From the IMG/VR virus record IMGVR_UViG_3300011008_000034, positions 64,001 to 128,000 of that record: a DNA stretch of 64,000 nucleotides. One strand, written 5' to 3'. This stretch comes from a virus. Its lineage: Duplodnaviria; Caudoviricetes. This document shows, in pieces, positions 38,614-48,927 of this stretch. The notes beneath the pieces were generated by a model. That model did no database searches and had not been told where the DNA came from. It saw nothing but the letters and a program-made list of their open reading frames with translations. The position numbers were made by a program, and so were the translations under genes. The first letter of the stretch is position 1. Each line of letters starts with the position of its first letter.

Positions 38614-40041
38614 TTATTTATAACGAATGCGATACCATGTTCTGCGTTTCTTTAATTGTAATCTTTTACATTTTCCACACAATATGAAATGCGGTAAATT
38701 ATTGAAATTTTCATTTAAATAAAAAAATTTATTTGCGCAAATTTCAATATTTTTATGACAAAAATCACATTCAAATTTTATTTTATTTATGAATTGACCA
38801 TTGTAAATTATTTTATATAATGAATTACTTGCATAAAAGTTATGAATAAATTTTATTTCATAATCATTAGTTGTTACTTTTTTCCAATGATTATTTACAT
38901 ATATTTCTCGTATATTCAGTGCTTCTTTTTTTTCTTTACTAAATTTATTTCTCTCATAAATATAAAAATTTGTTGATAAGTTATGTTTTACCAATAATGT
39001 ATTAATGTTTTCACGTTTTATATTAAGATTTTTCTCAATATATCCAATTGTTTTTCCATCTTCTAAATATTGAAGAATAATGTCAAAATATTTTTTTTCA
39101 ATATTTTCTAAATATTGTTGTTTTTCAATATCATTTTTACACTTTTTACAAATTGATTCTTTGTTATTTTTTATTCGTTTTTCAAAAAAATTTTGCCACG
39201 ATGTTTCACTTATATCATTACAATATTTACATGTATATTTTATTCGTTTTATATCTTCATTTTTATAAATAAGCTTTTTTACAATAACACCATTATGAGA
39301 TTTTGAAAAATAATAAGTATCATAAATCTCATATTCATCATGATTTACTTTTTCCCATTTATTGTGAAAATAAACTTCTGTAATATTGAAATATTGTTTT
39401 TGTTGTAATGACATTTTTGAATCAAAAATAATTCGATAATTTTCATGTCTAATTCCCTTTTTATATAAAACATCAAAAATTATACGATTCTGATAATAAT
39501 TGTTTCTAGATAATTGTCTTAAATTATATTTTTGATTTATTAAATCTGAAATTATTTCATCACTTTTCTTTTCAAATTTATCTTCAAAATATTGATAATA
39601 TTTTGTTTCCATTTCCATAGATGAAATATTTAATAAATTTGTCTTCTTACAAAAGTCACTAAATAAATTAAACCATTTGCCATCAATGAAATCGTCTTCA
39701 ATAAGATAAAATACATTTAATTTATTTTTTTGATAAATTTTTTCTCTTTGTATATCACCTAAAAACCATTTTCTTTGTAATTCATTTTTTTTTAATGTAA
39801 CTTTATGTCTTAATCTACAAATAAATAATTTGTGGTAATATGCTCCCAAATATTCAATAACTATTTTCATAGAAGGAATATAAATATCAAAAAAATATAT
39901 TTTTTCATCATATAAAAATGGATATTCGTCTTCTATTTGTAAATGTAATGCTTTTTGAAAAAATTCTTCAAGAATTATTTGAGGTTGCGTTTTTTTAGTT
40001 CTTAATGATTTTCTTATTCCATTAATTTTATTTTCTTCCAT
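38614..40041 (-). CDS. Putative free-standing endonuclease (N-terminal DUF559/Vsr-like domain, two Zn/HTH repeat modules)
   Basis: EYPF…FDIYIPSMKIVIEYLGAYYH; repeated NI.E.Y…W.KV…YEI…IK..C..C. Flanked by near-identical hairpins. Confidence 0.6.
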   Translation of the reverse strand: MEENKINGIRKSLRTKKTQPQIILEEFFQKALHLQIEDEYPFLYDEKIYFFDIYIPSMKIVIEYLGAYYHKLFICRLRHKVTLKKNELQRKWFLGDIQREKIYQKNKLNVFYLIEDDFIDGKWFNLFSDFCKKTNLLNISSMEMETKYYQYFEDKFEKKSDEIISDLINQKYNLRQLSRNNYYQNRIIFDVLYKKGIRHENYRIIFDSKMSLQQKQYFNITEVYFHNKWEKVNHDEYEIYDTYYFSKSHNGVIVKKLIYKNEDIKRIKYTCKYCNDISETSWQNFFEKRIKNNKESICKKCKNDIEKQQYLENIEKKYFDIILQYLEDGKTIGYIEKNLNIKRENINTLLVKHNLSTNFYIYERNKFSKEKKEALNIREIYVNNHWKKVTTNDYEIKFIHNFYASNSLYKIIYNGQFINKIKFECDFCHKNIEICANKFFYLNENFNNLPHFILCGKCKRLQLKKRRTWYRIRYK

Positions 40042-40099
40042 TAAATTCCCTCCTTTTTATTTTTTATATTAAAAAGAGTGGAATTTTCCACTCTTTTTT

Positions 40100-40492
40100 T
40101 TAATAATCACTTTCATCCCATCTTGCAGGATATCCTCTAATCCCAAAATGTATAAATCCAGAACTCTTATATGTCCCAATTGCTAATTCATTTGGGTCAA
40201 TAATACCATTATGATATACATACCATTCAAGTTGTTCAAACGAAAGGAATGACGGAACCAAAATGTCCGCAGCTTCTCCACGAACATGGTCAGAATTAGG
40301 TACTCCTCCGACATCTGCATTATGTTCTGGACATCTATAAGCACAAGATATTTCCAATGGACCACCCATCATTTCACGCATATTATCCAATGCAGCAACC
40401 AATCTATCATCTACTCCATTTTCATCTGGGAAACCACCACAGCAATGACAACTCAACTCCCATTCACTAAAAAATTTACCTGATCGGGACAT
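40100..40492 (-). CDS. Peptidase M15A Zn endolysin
   Basis: FFSEWELSCHCC, ISCAYRCPEHNADVGG…SDHVRGEAADI, FIHFG. Confidence 0.88.
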   Translation of the reverse strand: MSRSGKFFSEWELSCHCCGGFPDENGVDDRLVAALDNMREMMGGPLEISCAYRCPEHNADVGGVPNSDHVRGEAADILVPSFLSFEQLEWYVYHNGIIDPNELAIGTYKSSGFIHFGIRGYPARWDESDY

Positions 40493-40633
40493 GAATTATT
40501 CACCTCTTTTATTTTACTTATTTTTATGTTTTTCGCAACTTTTAATTTTTAAAGTTTACAATTTTTAAAGTTTACAAAAACACCTCTTTAAAATAAAATA
40601 AATTTACCAATCAAATTGGAGGTGTAATTTTTT

Positions 40634-40981
40634 ATGGGAAAGAAAATAGCAGCGAATACTTGGCCATTTTATGACAGAATGAAAAACGAATGGAAAGTCA
40701 GAGTAGATGGACGAGTAGAACGGGGAGATTTAATGTATGTCTTATGTGAATTTTGTAAATCTGGATTATATTATCCATTTAAGATAAGAGAGAAAAAAAT
40801 TGATAATTACGATGACCATGAACACAGCTTTGATGGAGTGCTTCTAAATGTCATGAGATTCCCCGAGGTGTTTAGTATTGAAGATTATAAGGAATACTAT
40901 TCACAACAAGAAATTGACCTCATAGAAAAGGTTCGAGAACGTTCATTACAAATGAAAAACACTAAAAAAGACGAGAATTAA
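40634..40981 (+). CDS. Hypothetical protein
   Basis: GGAGGTG RBS. Confidence 0.6.
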   Translation: MGKKIAANTWPFYDRMKNEWKVRVDGRVERGDLMYVLCEFCKSGLYYPFKIREKKIDNYDDHEHSFDGVLLNVMRFPEVFSIEDYKEYYSQQEIDLIEKVRERSLQMKNTKKDEN

Positions 40982-40992
40982 TTCTCGTCTTT

Positions 40993-41448
40993 TTAAATAC
41001 CTATGTAAAAATCTTCCAATTTTTTATAAGATTGGCATAATTTTTTTACATTTACATCTTTTAAATAATTTTTTGAATATTTTATTTTTTGGTCAAATGA
41101 ATTCCATTTTCGTTCAAAAAATGTAGTAAAAAATGCTCTTTTATGATTATGATTGTCTCCATGAATAGTGTAAATAATTATATTGTCACCTTTTAATTCA
41201 ATAGCAAAATTTTTATCGCATATTAAGAAATTGTCATTACATTCAGGACATAGACATGGAGAATCCCAATGTGGAAATCCAAATGAAACAAAATCCATGT
41301 GATAGTAGTATTTTGTTTTATTATTTTTAGGAGATACCGATAATGGACATCCACACTTTTCGCATTTATCATTTACTACATAACGTTCGTTTATAAATTT
41401 TAAAAAACGATATTTTTCTTTTATCATTACGTCTTTAAAAGATTTCAT
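40993..41448 (-). CDS. Zn-ribbon paralog family, member 4
   Basis: CEKCGCP…HMDFV…CPEC…FYIGI. Confidence 0.65.
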   Translation of the reverse strand: MKSFKDVMIKEKYRFLKFINERYVVNDKCEKCGCPLSVSPKNNKTKYYYHMDFVSFGFPHWDSPCLCPECNDNFLICDKNFAIELKGDNIIIYTIHGDNHNHKRAFFTTFFERKWNSFDQKIKYSKNYLKDVNVKKLCQSYKKLEDFYIGI

Positions 41449-41451
41449 ATA

Positions 41452-41879
41452 TCAAACTCCTATACAAAATGTATTGATTTTGCAAAATTTATCATATACA
41501 TTTAAAAATTCTTTTTGAATTTTTGGTTCAATAGATTCAACTTTTTTAAAAAAATCATTTTCAAAAAATGAAGCATAAAAAAACGAATGAATTGAATGAT
41601 TTGGAACATAATCTATTTTTACATGGTCATAACTTAAAAGAACAATTCCTATTTTATTAGATTGAAAAACAATTCTATTTGTGCATTCTGGACAATACAA
41701 TTTATTCTCAGTAAAATCAAAAACAGTAAATTCCATGTAATACTTTTTTTAGATGTTTTTATCGATATAGGACATCCACATTTTGCACATGAACGATTAA
41801 TTTCATATGATTTTCGTTTTTGTAAGAATTTTAAAAATCCATATTTTTTAGATATTGCTTTTTCTTTATAACTGTTCAT
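41452..41879 (-). pseudogene. Zn-ribbon paralog 3, frameshifted at an A7 run near 41744
   Basis: MNSYKEKAISKKY…CAKCGCP, then a shifted frame YYMEFTVFDFTENKLYCPEC…FCIGV. Confidence 0.7.
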
Positions 41880-41880
41880 T

Positions 41881-42312
41881 TTAAACTCCTGTACAAAAAG
41901 TATTAATTTTACAAAATTGTTTATACATTTTAGAAAGTTCTTCATAATCTTCATTTTTTATACGTTCTATAACTTCATGAAAATTGTTTTTAAAAAATGA
42001 AGGATAAAAAGAAGCTTGAACTGAACGTTTTGGAGCATAATCAATTTTAACATGATCGTGACTTAAAAGAATCATTGCAATTTTATTTGTATAGAAAACA
42101 ATATTTTCCGTACACTCTGGACAATATAATTTATTCTCAGTAAAATCAAAAACAACAAATTCCATGTAATGTCTTTTTGTAGGCGTTAAAACTGAAATTG
42201 GACATCCACATTTTGCACATTTTTGTTGAACTTGTTGATATGATTTCTGTTTGTGTAAAAATTTTAAAAATTTGTATTTTTCAGATATCGCTTTTTCTTT
42301 ATAAGTTTGCAT
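41881..42312 (-). CDS. Zn-ribbon paralog family, member 2
   Basis: CAKCGCP…HYMEFV…CPEC…FCTGV. Confidence 0.7.
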   Translation of the reverse strand: MQTYKEKAISEKYKFLKFLHKQKSYQQVQQKCAKCGCPISVLTPTKRHYMEFVVFDFTENKLYCPECTENIVFYTNKIAMILLSHDHVKIDYAPKRSVQASFYPSFFKNNFHEVIERIKNEDYEELSKMYKQFCKINTFCTGV

Positions 42313-42319
42313 ATTTCAC

Positions 42320-42740
42320 TTAGCTCCCTGTATAAAATGCATTTATTTTATGAAAATTATTTGATATACTTAAAAATTCATCATATTTGTTTAAATTAAA
42401 AGATTTAATTGTTTCACGAAAATCATTTTTTAAAAATGAAACATTACAAAAAAATGCGCATTTTTCTTTATTTGCATAACTAATTCTAACATTATCATTA
42501 TCTAAAATAGTAATCGCTATTTTATCATTATAGAAAACAGTGTTACTACATTCTGGACAAAACATATCACCATCACGATTATATGTAACAAATTCCATAT
42601 GATGAGTACCACTTTTTACAATTATAATCAAAGGACATTTACATTTTATACAAGAAGAAAGAACAATGAAATTTTTTTGTTGTTTTACAAAATTCAAAAA
42701 TTCTTCCTTCTTGCATAATGCATTTTCTAAATATGTCATA
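42320..42740 (-). CDS. Zn-ribbon paralog family, member 1
   Basis: CIKCKCP…HHMEFV…CPEC…FYTGS. The start is approximate (MTYLE). Confidence 0.6.
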
Positions 42741-43505
42741 TCATGCCTCTTGTACTGCACTTGCGATAATTTCATTCACTACATTTTCATTTAAAACATC
42801 ATAGATAGTCAAATTCTTAAAGCATGCCATTCCACAACGAGTTGCAATCGAATTCTGAACGCGTTTTGCAATGGTGAGATTATTTGTAGCATAGATTCGA
42901 TTAAGATGAATCTCAGGAACATTAATATACACAATATAAGTATTTCCGTCTTTATGCACATTTAAGAAAATGTCACAATTATCAATGAATCGTTTCTGAG
43001 AATGAATAATCGGAATATTCTTTAAAGAAAATTCATCATATTTTTTGACTGGATTCAAACCAAGTTCAAGTTGTCTCTGTTTTTTATTATCATAATGAGA
43101 AATTTCAATTTCTTTTTCAATTGCTTCTAATTCATTCATTGTTACTTTGGTAAAAGAAACACGATATTTATCAAATAAATCTCTATTTGCAAGTGGATAA
43201 CGATCTTCCATTTCCTGAAGTTTTGAAGAAAGTGCATAAGCAGTTGCATCTTGTTTTTTATTCAAAAGTTCATCTTGAATTCGCGCTTTTTCAGTTACTT
43301 CAATTTTTTCCTGAAGGCGTTTTTCTTCTTCGTACTGTCTAAATTTTTCATTTCTCCTTAGAATAGGTTTTAAGATAAGCTGATTAATTCCAAATCCTGT
43401 AAAGCAATAAACGATTTTCGCTGCTATCGTAATTAATCTAATTACCAATAATATTAATCCTATAATAAATAAAATCATACCAATTGCAAATAACATATTC
43501 AACAC
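42741..43505 (-). CDS. Membrane-anchored coiled-coil protein
   Basis: N-terminal hydrophobic helices; promoter at 43528-43556. Confidence 0.6.
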   Translation of the reverse strand: MLNMLFAIGMILFIIGLILLVIRLITIAAKIVYCFTGFGINQLILKPILRRNEKFRQYEEEKRLQEKIEVTEKARIQDELLNKKQDATAYALSSKLQEMEDRYPLANRDLFDKYRVSFTKVTMNELEAIEKEIEISHYDNKKQRQLELGLNPVKKYDEFSLKNIPIIHSQKRFIDNCDIFLNVHKDGNTYIVYINVPEIHLNRIYATNNLTIAKRVQNSIATRCGMACFKNLTIYDVLNENVVNEIIASAVQEA

Positions 43506-43679
43506 TTCCTTTCCTTTATTTGATTTTATTATACCATAGAATAACAGAAATGTAAATAGTTTTTAATAAAAAAGAGGCAAAAATGCCTTCATTTATAAAT
43601 TTTGTACTTGGAAAATGCTAAACATAATTTTTAATTCTACTATTTACATCTTATCATTTAATAACATTTTTTCTTCTCT

Positions 43680-44090
43680 TTATAAATAAGGATTGTGTTT
43701 CATCAAATTAAAATAAATAGGACTTTGAACTCTAATAAAATCATCTTCTAACATTTTAATAACAATCTCGTATGTATTTTTAAATTGTTTTGATTTTTTT
43801 AAAATAATCGTATTATTTTTTGATTTTTTATGAATAAAAATAATTGATAAATCATAATTATCAATATTTGATAAATCTTTGTGACATTCCCAAAAAATAG
43901 TTTTCTCTTCATTCATGGGAACGCCCCAAACAACTTGTTGAAGATATGGTAAAATTTCCATAACTTTTTTATTTATGGAAGGGAGAAAAAATGCACCAAA
44001 TGATTTTTTAGTTTTACTTAATTGCATTATCTTTTTTCCAATCTTTTCTGCTTGAATTCCCATTTTTTCTTTTTCTTCAAATGTTAACAT
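43680..44090 (-). CDS. Hypothetical protein
   Basis: GAGGAGG RBS. Confidence 0.6.
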   Translation of the reverse strand: MLTFEEKEKMGIQAEKIGKKIMQLSKTKKSFGAFFLPSINKKVMEILPYLQQVVWGVPMNEEKTIFWECHKDLSNIDNYDLSIIFIHKKSKNNTIILKKSKQFKNTYEIVIKMLEDDFIRVQSPIYFNLMKHNPYL

Positions 44091-44105
44091 TTTTTCTCCT
44101 CCTCT

Positions 44106-44567
44106 TTATTCGTTACTTTTCTTTATTGTAGCATCTAATGTTTCATCAATCATTTTTATTCTTGTATTATTATCAAAATCATATTCGCTTTTTAATGATG
44201 AATTTATTCCAAATGGATATCCATCAGCTCCAGGCTTTACATTAATATTACTAATAATGTTATTATTTTCATCAACTTCGCAATCTAAAAAAACATTTCT
44301 ATATTGAGTATTTTTTGTTTGTTTTCCTGGCGTTTGAAAAGAATGTAATTCTACATAATAATAATGAATTCCATCATTTTTTTTACAATATCCATACATT
44401 CCTTGTACACCTTGAAAATCTCCAGTTATAGGAAATCTTTGCCACTTAGTTTTGTCTAACAACTCTTCATCATATTGTTTTATTAATTCATCAGACTTTG
44501 ATTTGGAAATTAAGTCATTTCCTGGTGCATTTGATTTTCTAATTAAACGTTTTTTCACTATCATCAT
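44106..44567 (-). CDS. Hypothetical protein with KKRLIRKS leader
   Basis: RBS present; promoter at 44585-44613. Confidence 0.6.
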   Translation of the reverse strand: MMIVKKRLIRKSNAPGNDLISKSKSDELIKQYDEELLDKTKWQRFPITGDFQGVQGMYGYCKKNDGIHYYYVELHSFQTPGKQTKNTQYRNVFLDCEVDENNNIISNINVKPGADGYPFGINSSLKSEYDFDNNTRIKMIDETLDATIKKSNE

Positions 44568-44620
44568 TCCTTTTTCTTAAATTTATTATAACACATAACA
44601 TTGTATTTGTAAATAGTTTT

Positions 44621-44863
44621 TCACTTTTTTTCCTGCAAATCATGTATCATTTGATAAAGTTCACTAATTGTTTTTGCTCTATCATCACATATTTGACGAT
44701 AATATTCCACGTCTCTTTCTAAACTACGAATTTCATTCCATTTTGTGCGTAATTCTCGTTTTACTTGTTCTAATTCCATTTTACAATGATTACGTTCTAT
44801 TTCGCTGTTTATCATCATGATAAAAATGACAAAAAACAACACAATGAATATCAGTACAATCAT
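44621..44863 (-). CDS. Small membrane-anchored coiled-coil protein
   Basis: N-terminal TM helix and heptad repeat. Confidence 0.55.
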   Translation of the reverse strand: MIVLIFIVLFFVIFIMMINSEIERNHCKMELEQVKRELRTKWNEIRSLERDVEYYRQICDDRAKTISELYQMIHDLQEKK

Positions 44864-44866
44864 TTT

Positions 44867-45469
44867 TTACTCCTTTATAAAAGACTTTTTTCTATTAATT
44901 AACATTTTCTCTATATCACAAACAACATTTTGTAAATCAACAACTGGTGTCGAATAAAACAAATTATCAAGAGTTTCATAAACAGATTGAATATACTGAA
45001 ATTCTTTATCAAATAAATTTGGATAATTATCTCTTACATATATCAAATATTTTCTGCATGCACTAGACGTTTTAATATTAATCTCATCTAAAGACATAAT
45101 CGGAACTTCTTTTTTTGTATTTAATTTTTCTAAAATGGATTGTTCCCAGGAGGGAGGGACATATTTTATATTATATTTATCTTGAAAAAACTGAATGGTT
45201 TCATCATTAGATTTGTGATGTTCTATTCTTTTAATAAAATAAAATATATCTCCAGATGTATGACATCCAAAACAATACCAAGTATCATGGTCTTGTTTTC
45301 CAGTTTTTGTTTTATGACCAGTAGGATATACAGTAAAAGACGGTGTCCTTTCACTATGGAAAGGACATCTTGCTCTATATACATCTCCAGTTTTATGAAG
45401 TTTTACATAAGAATCAATTATTTCAACGCCGTTGCAATGCAATTGTATATATCTTTGAACATCATCCAT
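44867..45469 (-). CDS. Stand-alone DnaG-type CHC2 zinc-finger protein
   Basis: CPFHSERTPSFTV…WYCFGC…GDIF; no TOPRIM domain. Confidence 0.85.
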   Translation of the reverse strand: MDDVQRYIQLHCNGVEIIDSYVKLHKTGDVYRARCPFHSERTPSFTVYPTGHKTKTGKQDHDTWYCFGCHTSGDIFYFIKRIEHHKSNDETIQFFQDKYNIKYVPPSWEQSILEKLNTKKEVPIMSLDEINIKTSSACRKYLIYVRDNYPNLFDKEFQYIQSVYETLDNLFYSTPVVDLQNVVCDIEKMLINRKKSFIKE

Positions 45470-45483
45470 ACATTTCCCTTCTT

Positions 45484-46845
45484 TTACGAATCAGAATCTT
45501 CTTGTTTTTTCCATGCATCAAATTCTTGTTCTACTATATTCATCATATGAAATGCTTTTATAAAATGTAAATCACATGGTTCGCCATCACGTGTTTTAAA
45601 TGATTCAATAATACCATCATGATCAGATGTTGAACGAATTGCAAAACCAAAATCTAAATGGTCTGAAATCTGGTCTGACTCAGCTACGTGTTCAGTACCA
45701 GCACGTCCATTTTTCATTTGTGTTTCTGACTTACCTGCTCGAGTCATCTGTGCAGCTGAAATCACGATTTTCATTTTTCTTCGAGCAAACTGTTTTAATT
45801 CTAATGCAATATTACCTAAATTATCTCTTTTAACATCGGTTACAATATTAGGCTGCATAATCTGTGCATAGTCTATAATTACTGAATCAAATACTATTCC
45901 TAATTTTTGTTCTATTTCTTCAGTTTTTGTTTCAATCATTGCAGGCGTGCATTTTCCAGGAATATCAACAATATAAAATTCTCCCAACTGGTTTCCTTTT
46001 CTATCTTTTTTTGTTTTTATTTGGTCTAAGTAATCATTATATTTTTTCTCTTCAGCGTCTGTAAGTGTTCCCATTTTTAATCCTTTTATTGGGACACCAG
46101 CTGCACGAGAATCGAAACGTCTCATATAATCTTCTTTGGACATTTCCAATGAGAATAAAATAACATTTTTTCCTCTTCTCCAAAAATGATATCCAAAATT
46201 TAACATTAAAACAGATTTGCCGTCGCCTTTGCGTCCAATAACATAAATTAAATTTCCATACATAAATCCGCCAATGGATTTATCCAATTGTTTAAATCCA
46301 CTGGAAATAATATTTAATTTTTCCGGATGAAGTTTTCTGTCTTGATACATCATCCTACGTTCTTCTACATCATCTTGAATGCTTCCTTGTCTAATTGAAG
46401 AGTTCCCTATGGAATTTAACTTTGATAACCCCTGGGCCATGTCTGAAATTGTTTCTGTAATGGAATCTGCTTCTTTATTAATAACTTTATCTGCTCCAGC
46501 AGACAATATCTGTTTTGTAGATGCAACTTTATAATTATTTAAAACCCTGTTAGCCATTACTCGATAATTTGAGTAAGGGTCTGAAATATTTTGATTAAAA
46601 TCTTTTTCAGATAAAGTCAATCTATCCATCATAGGGAAATTAACTACATTCGCATTAACTCGCCCATTCACTTCATTAAATGCAGCTTTTAATCTTATAA
46701 ATAATGATTTTGTTTTAGGAGACGTAAAATAATCTTCTTGAAGCATTGACATAGCTTCTGGTAAAACACTTTGATTTTGCCAAATAAAGGATAATAAATC
46801 TAATTCTGTAGATTCATGATTTTCTTTTTTTACTTCATCCATCAA
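45484..46845 (-). CDS. dnaB: Replicative DnaB-like helicase
   Basis: SSGFKQLD…GG, GRKGDGKS, FSLEM, IIDYAQIM, AAQMTR. Confidence 0.9.
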   Translation of the reverse strand: MMDEVKKENHESTELDLLSFIWQNQSVLPEAMSMLQEDYFTSPKTKSLFIRLKAAFNEVNGRVNANVVNFPMMDRLTLSEKDFNQNISDPYSNYRVMANRVLNNYKVASTKQILSAGADKVINKEADSITETISDMAQGLSKLNSIGNSSIRQGSIQDDVEERRMMYQDRKLHPEKLNIISSGFKQLDKSIGGFMYGNLIYVIGRKGDGKSVLMLNFGYHFWRRGKNVILFSLEMSKEDYMRRFDSRAAGVPIKGLKMGTLTDAEEKKYNDYLDQIKTKKDRKGNQLGEFYIVDIPGKCTPAMIETKTEEIEQKLGIVFDSVIIDYAQIMQPNIVTDVKRDNLGNIALELKQFARRKMKIVISAAQMTRAGKSETQMKNGRAGTEHVAESDQISDHLDFGFAIRSTSDHDGIIESFKTRDGEPCDLHFIKAFHMMNIVEQEFDAWKKQEDSDS

Positions 46846-46946
46846 TATGCCTCCTTTTTTATTCTTTTTTTACTTCATCCATCAATATGCCTCCTTTTTT
46901 AATTAATCTTAAAATTCAGGTTGTTTACCTTAAAATTCAGGTTGTT
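46822..46946. repeat. Two tandem duplications: 39 bp (dnaB RBS and start) and 18 bp (loader gene 3' end)
   Basis: 46822-46860 = 46862-46900; 46908-46925 = 46929-46946. Confidence 0.9.
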
Positions 46947-47676
46947 CTATTATTCTATGATTTTCTCCTGAAATTTCCACAATATCATTTGTATATTCAA
47001 TAAATTCTTTTACTTCTTTTGAATATTCAATTCCAATATCACAAATGTTATATTTAGAACAAAGGATGACTGGTTTTTTGTCATTATCCCGTTGTCTAAT
47101 AATATTATCTAATGTCCTTTGAGAAAATTTATTGTCATTTCTTCCAAATTCTTCTCCAATATTATCAATAATTAGTAAATCTGGTTTTTGAATAAAATAA
47201 TTAGCTTTTTGTTTATCATGAATAATCAAAGACATAATATTATCCAACTGAGAATATGCTACTATGTATTTTATTTTTTGTTCAAATGAATATGGATTCA
47301 TTTTAGTAGCAACAAATTTTGCAATAATACAAGCTACCATAGATTTTCCGCGACCATGACTCCCACAGAGAAACAAACCTCTTCCTTTTAAATAATTATC
47401 ATCAAAATTCTTAATATAATTTTCAATCAAAGGATAATACTCTTCAGATTTAATTAAATCCATGCACCATTTAGAATCAAGGAATTTTCTTGGAAATCCC
47501 CAATCTAATAAAGAAATATTCCGTTCCATTTTTAAAATACATCTGCAAGGCGTTGAAGTTTGATATCCTTCATCGTCTTCATCTAGAAAATATCCTAAGC
47601 CATTACACTTGGGACATTTTTCTACTAATTCTTTCTTTTGTCTCTTTTCTTCTAATGAATAATCAGTTAAAAACAT
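46930..47676 (-). CDS. DnaC/DnaI-like helicase loader ATPase
   Basis: CPKC…CRC Zn motif, GSHGRGKS, LLIIDNIG, IIRQR, GENHR. Confidence 0.85.
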   Translation of the reverse strand: MFLTDYSLEEKRQKKELVEKCPKCNGLGYFLDEDDEGYQTSTPCRCILKMERNISLLDWGFPRKFLDSKWCMDLIKSEEYYPLIENYIKNFDDNYLKGRGLFLCGSHGRGKSMVACIIAKFVATKMNPYSFEQKIKYIVAYSQLDNIMSLIIHDKQKANYFIQKPDLLIIDNIGEEFGRNDNKFSQRTLDNIIRQRDNDKKPVILCSKYNICDIGIEYSKEVKEFIEYTNDIVEISGENHRIIEQPEF

Positions 47677-47688
47677 TTTTATGCCTCC

Positions 47689-48915
47689 TTAAAAATGATG
47701 ATTAAACTTCCACATAACATAACTTTCAATCATAGCATACGTTTTTTCTTCAAATAATGTACCTTCATATTGTTTCTTTAATGCATCAAATTTAGAATTC
47801 CGTTCAAAATCATGGTAATTAGCGAAATCAATTAATTCTTTATCAGGATTTAATTTAATCTTATACATAAATTCCGAATAATTATAAGATTCATCAAAAG
47901 CACCATTTAAGATAATATCTTTTATGTCAGAATAAAAAGAATCTACTACTTCTTGTGGATAATCACTAACTTTATTCTTAAACTGAATAATATTAGATAA
48001 AATAGTAGGAATATCATAATGAGGTTTGTTTTTAATAATATCATGAATATAATCTGGAAAAAAGTAGATAGAAGTAACATTCTTTTTTATCATATTATCA
48101 ATAACCATAACTGCATCATTATATGATAAATTATTATCTTTCATTGTGGTTTTAATTCTATCTACCTGAGCGACGAAACGTTTTTTATCAATTTTTAATC
48201 CAAGATTATTGTAAAACATTTTTACTAAATATGGAACTGAAGGCTGATTTAATTCCATAGCATATTGATAAAAACGTTGTGATTCTTCAATTAAATATTT
48301 AGCATCTGAGATTTTTGAATGCCCGGTTTCAGCTGTATATCTAAGCAAAAATTTAACTTGTTCTGGAGTCAATTGATATGTAAAATACAAAGATTTTATA
48401 CAAGCTGTAGCAATAATAAAATTAAATTCATATACGTCCCAGAATGAATAAAAATATTTTGCTAAATTCATAGGTTTATATTCTGAATCTAATTTTTGAA
48501 TAAATTCTTTTTCTTGTTTATTTTTAAATTGTCGCATTTCTATCATTTTTTGATATTCTAATGCTTTTTGTTTTTGTTTTTCTAAAGCTTCTGCAGCTTT
48601 TTGTTTACGTCTTTCTTCTTTTTCAGCTTCCAATTTAGCTTGTTTTTCTTGTTTTAAACGTTCTTTTTCTTGACGTTCTTTTTCTTTTTCTTGTTCAATT
48701 TGTTCTTTTAATTTCCCTTCAGCATCATATTTAGAAATAAAATTATCAAATAACTGAAAATTAGAATCATATACTTCCTGATATTCTTTTGATTTTTTCT
48801 TTAAGATTTTTATTGCTGAATATAAAAACTGATGTTTTTCATCAGATTTTTTTAAATGATTTGCTAATTTTAATGGAGTTTCAAATTCTTCTCCACAAAG
48901 TGGACATTTATCCAT
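47689..48915 (-). CDS. C2H2 zinc-finger/coiled-coil protein, putative replication initiator
   Basis: CPLC…H…H at the N-terminus; lies upstream of the loader and helicase. Confidence 0.5.
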   Translation of the reverse strand: MDKCPLCGEEFETPLKLANHLKKSDEKHQFLYSAIKILKKKSKEYQEVYDSNFQLFDNFISKYDAEGKLKEQIEQEKEKERQEKERLKQEKQAKLEAEKEERRKQKAAEALEKQKQKALEYQKMIEMRQFKNKQEKEFIQKLDSEYKPMNLAKYFYSFWDVYEFNFIIATACIKSLYFTYQLTPEQVKFLLRYTAETGHSKISDAKYLIEESQRFYQYAMELNQPSVPYLVKMFYNNLGLKIDKKRFVAQVDRIKTTMKDNNLSYNDAVMVIDNMIKKNVTSIYFFPDYIHDIIKNKPHYDIPTILSNIIQFKNKVSDYPQEVVDSFYSDIKDIILNGAFDESYNYSEFMYKIKLNPDKELIDFANYHDFERNSKFDALKKQYEGTLFEEKTYAMIESYVMWKFNHHF

Positions 48916-48927
48916 ATTAATCCTCCT

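Noticed and set aside
38505-38687. ORF-track call 38505-38687
   Set aside because: Wrong frame; 38446-38604 is the more plausible gene, and this call runs through the terminator.
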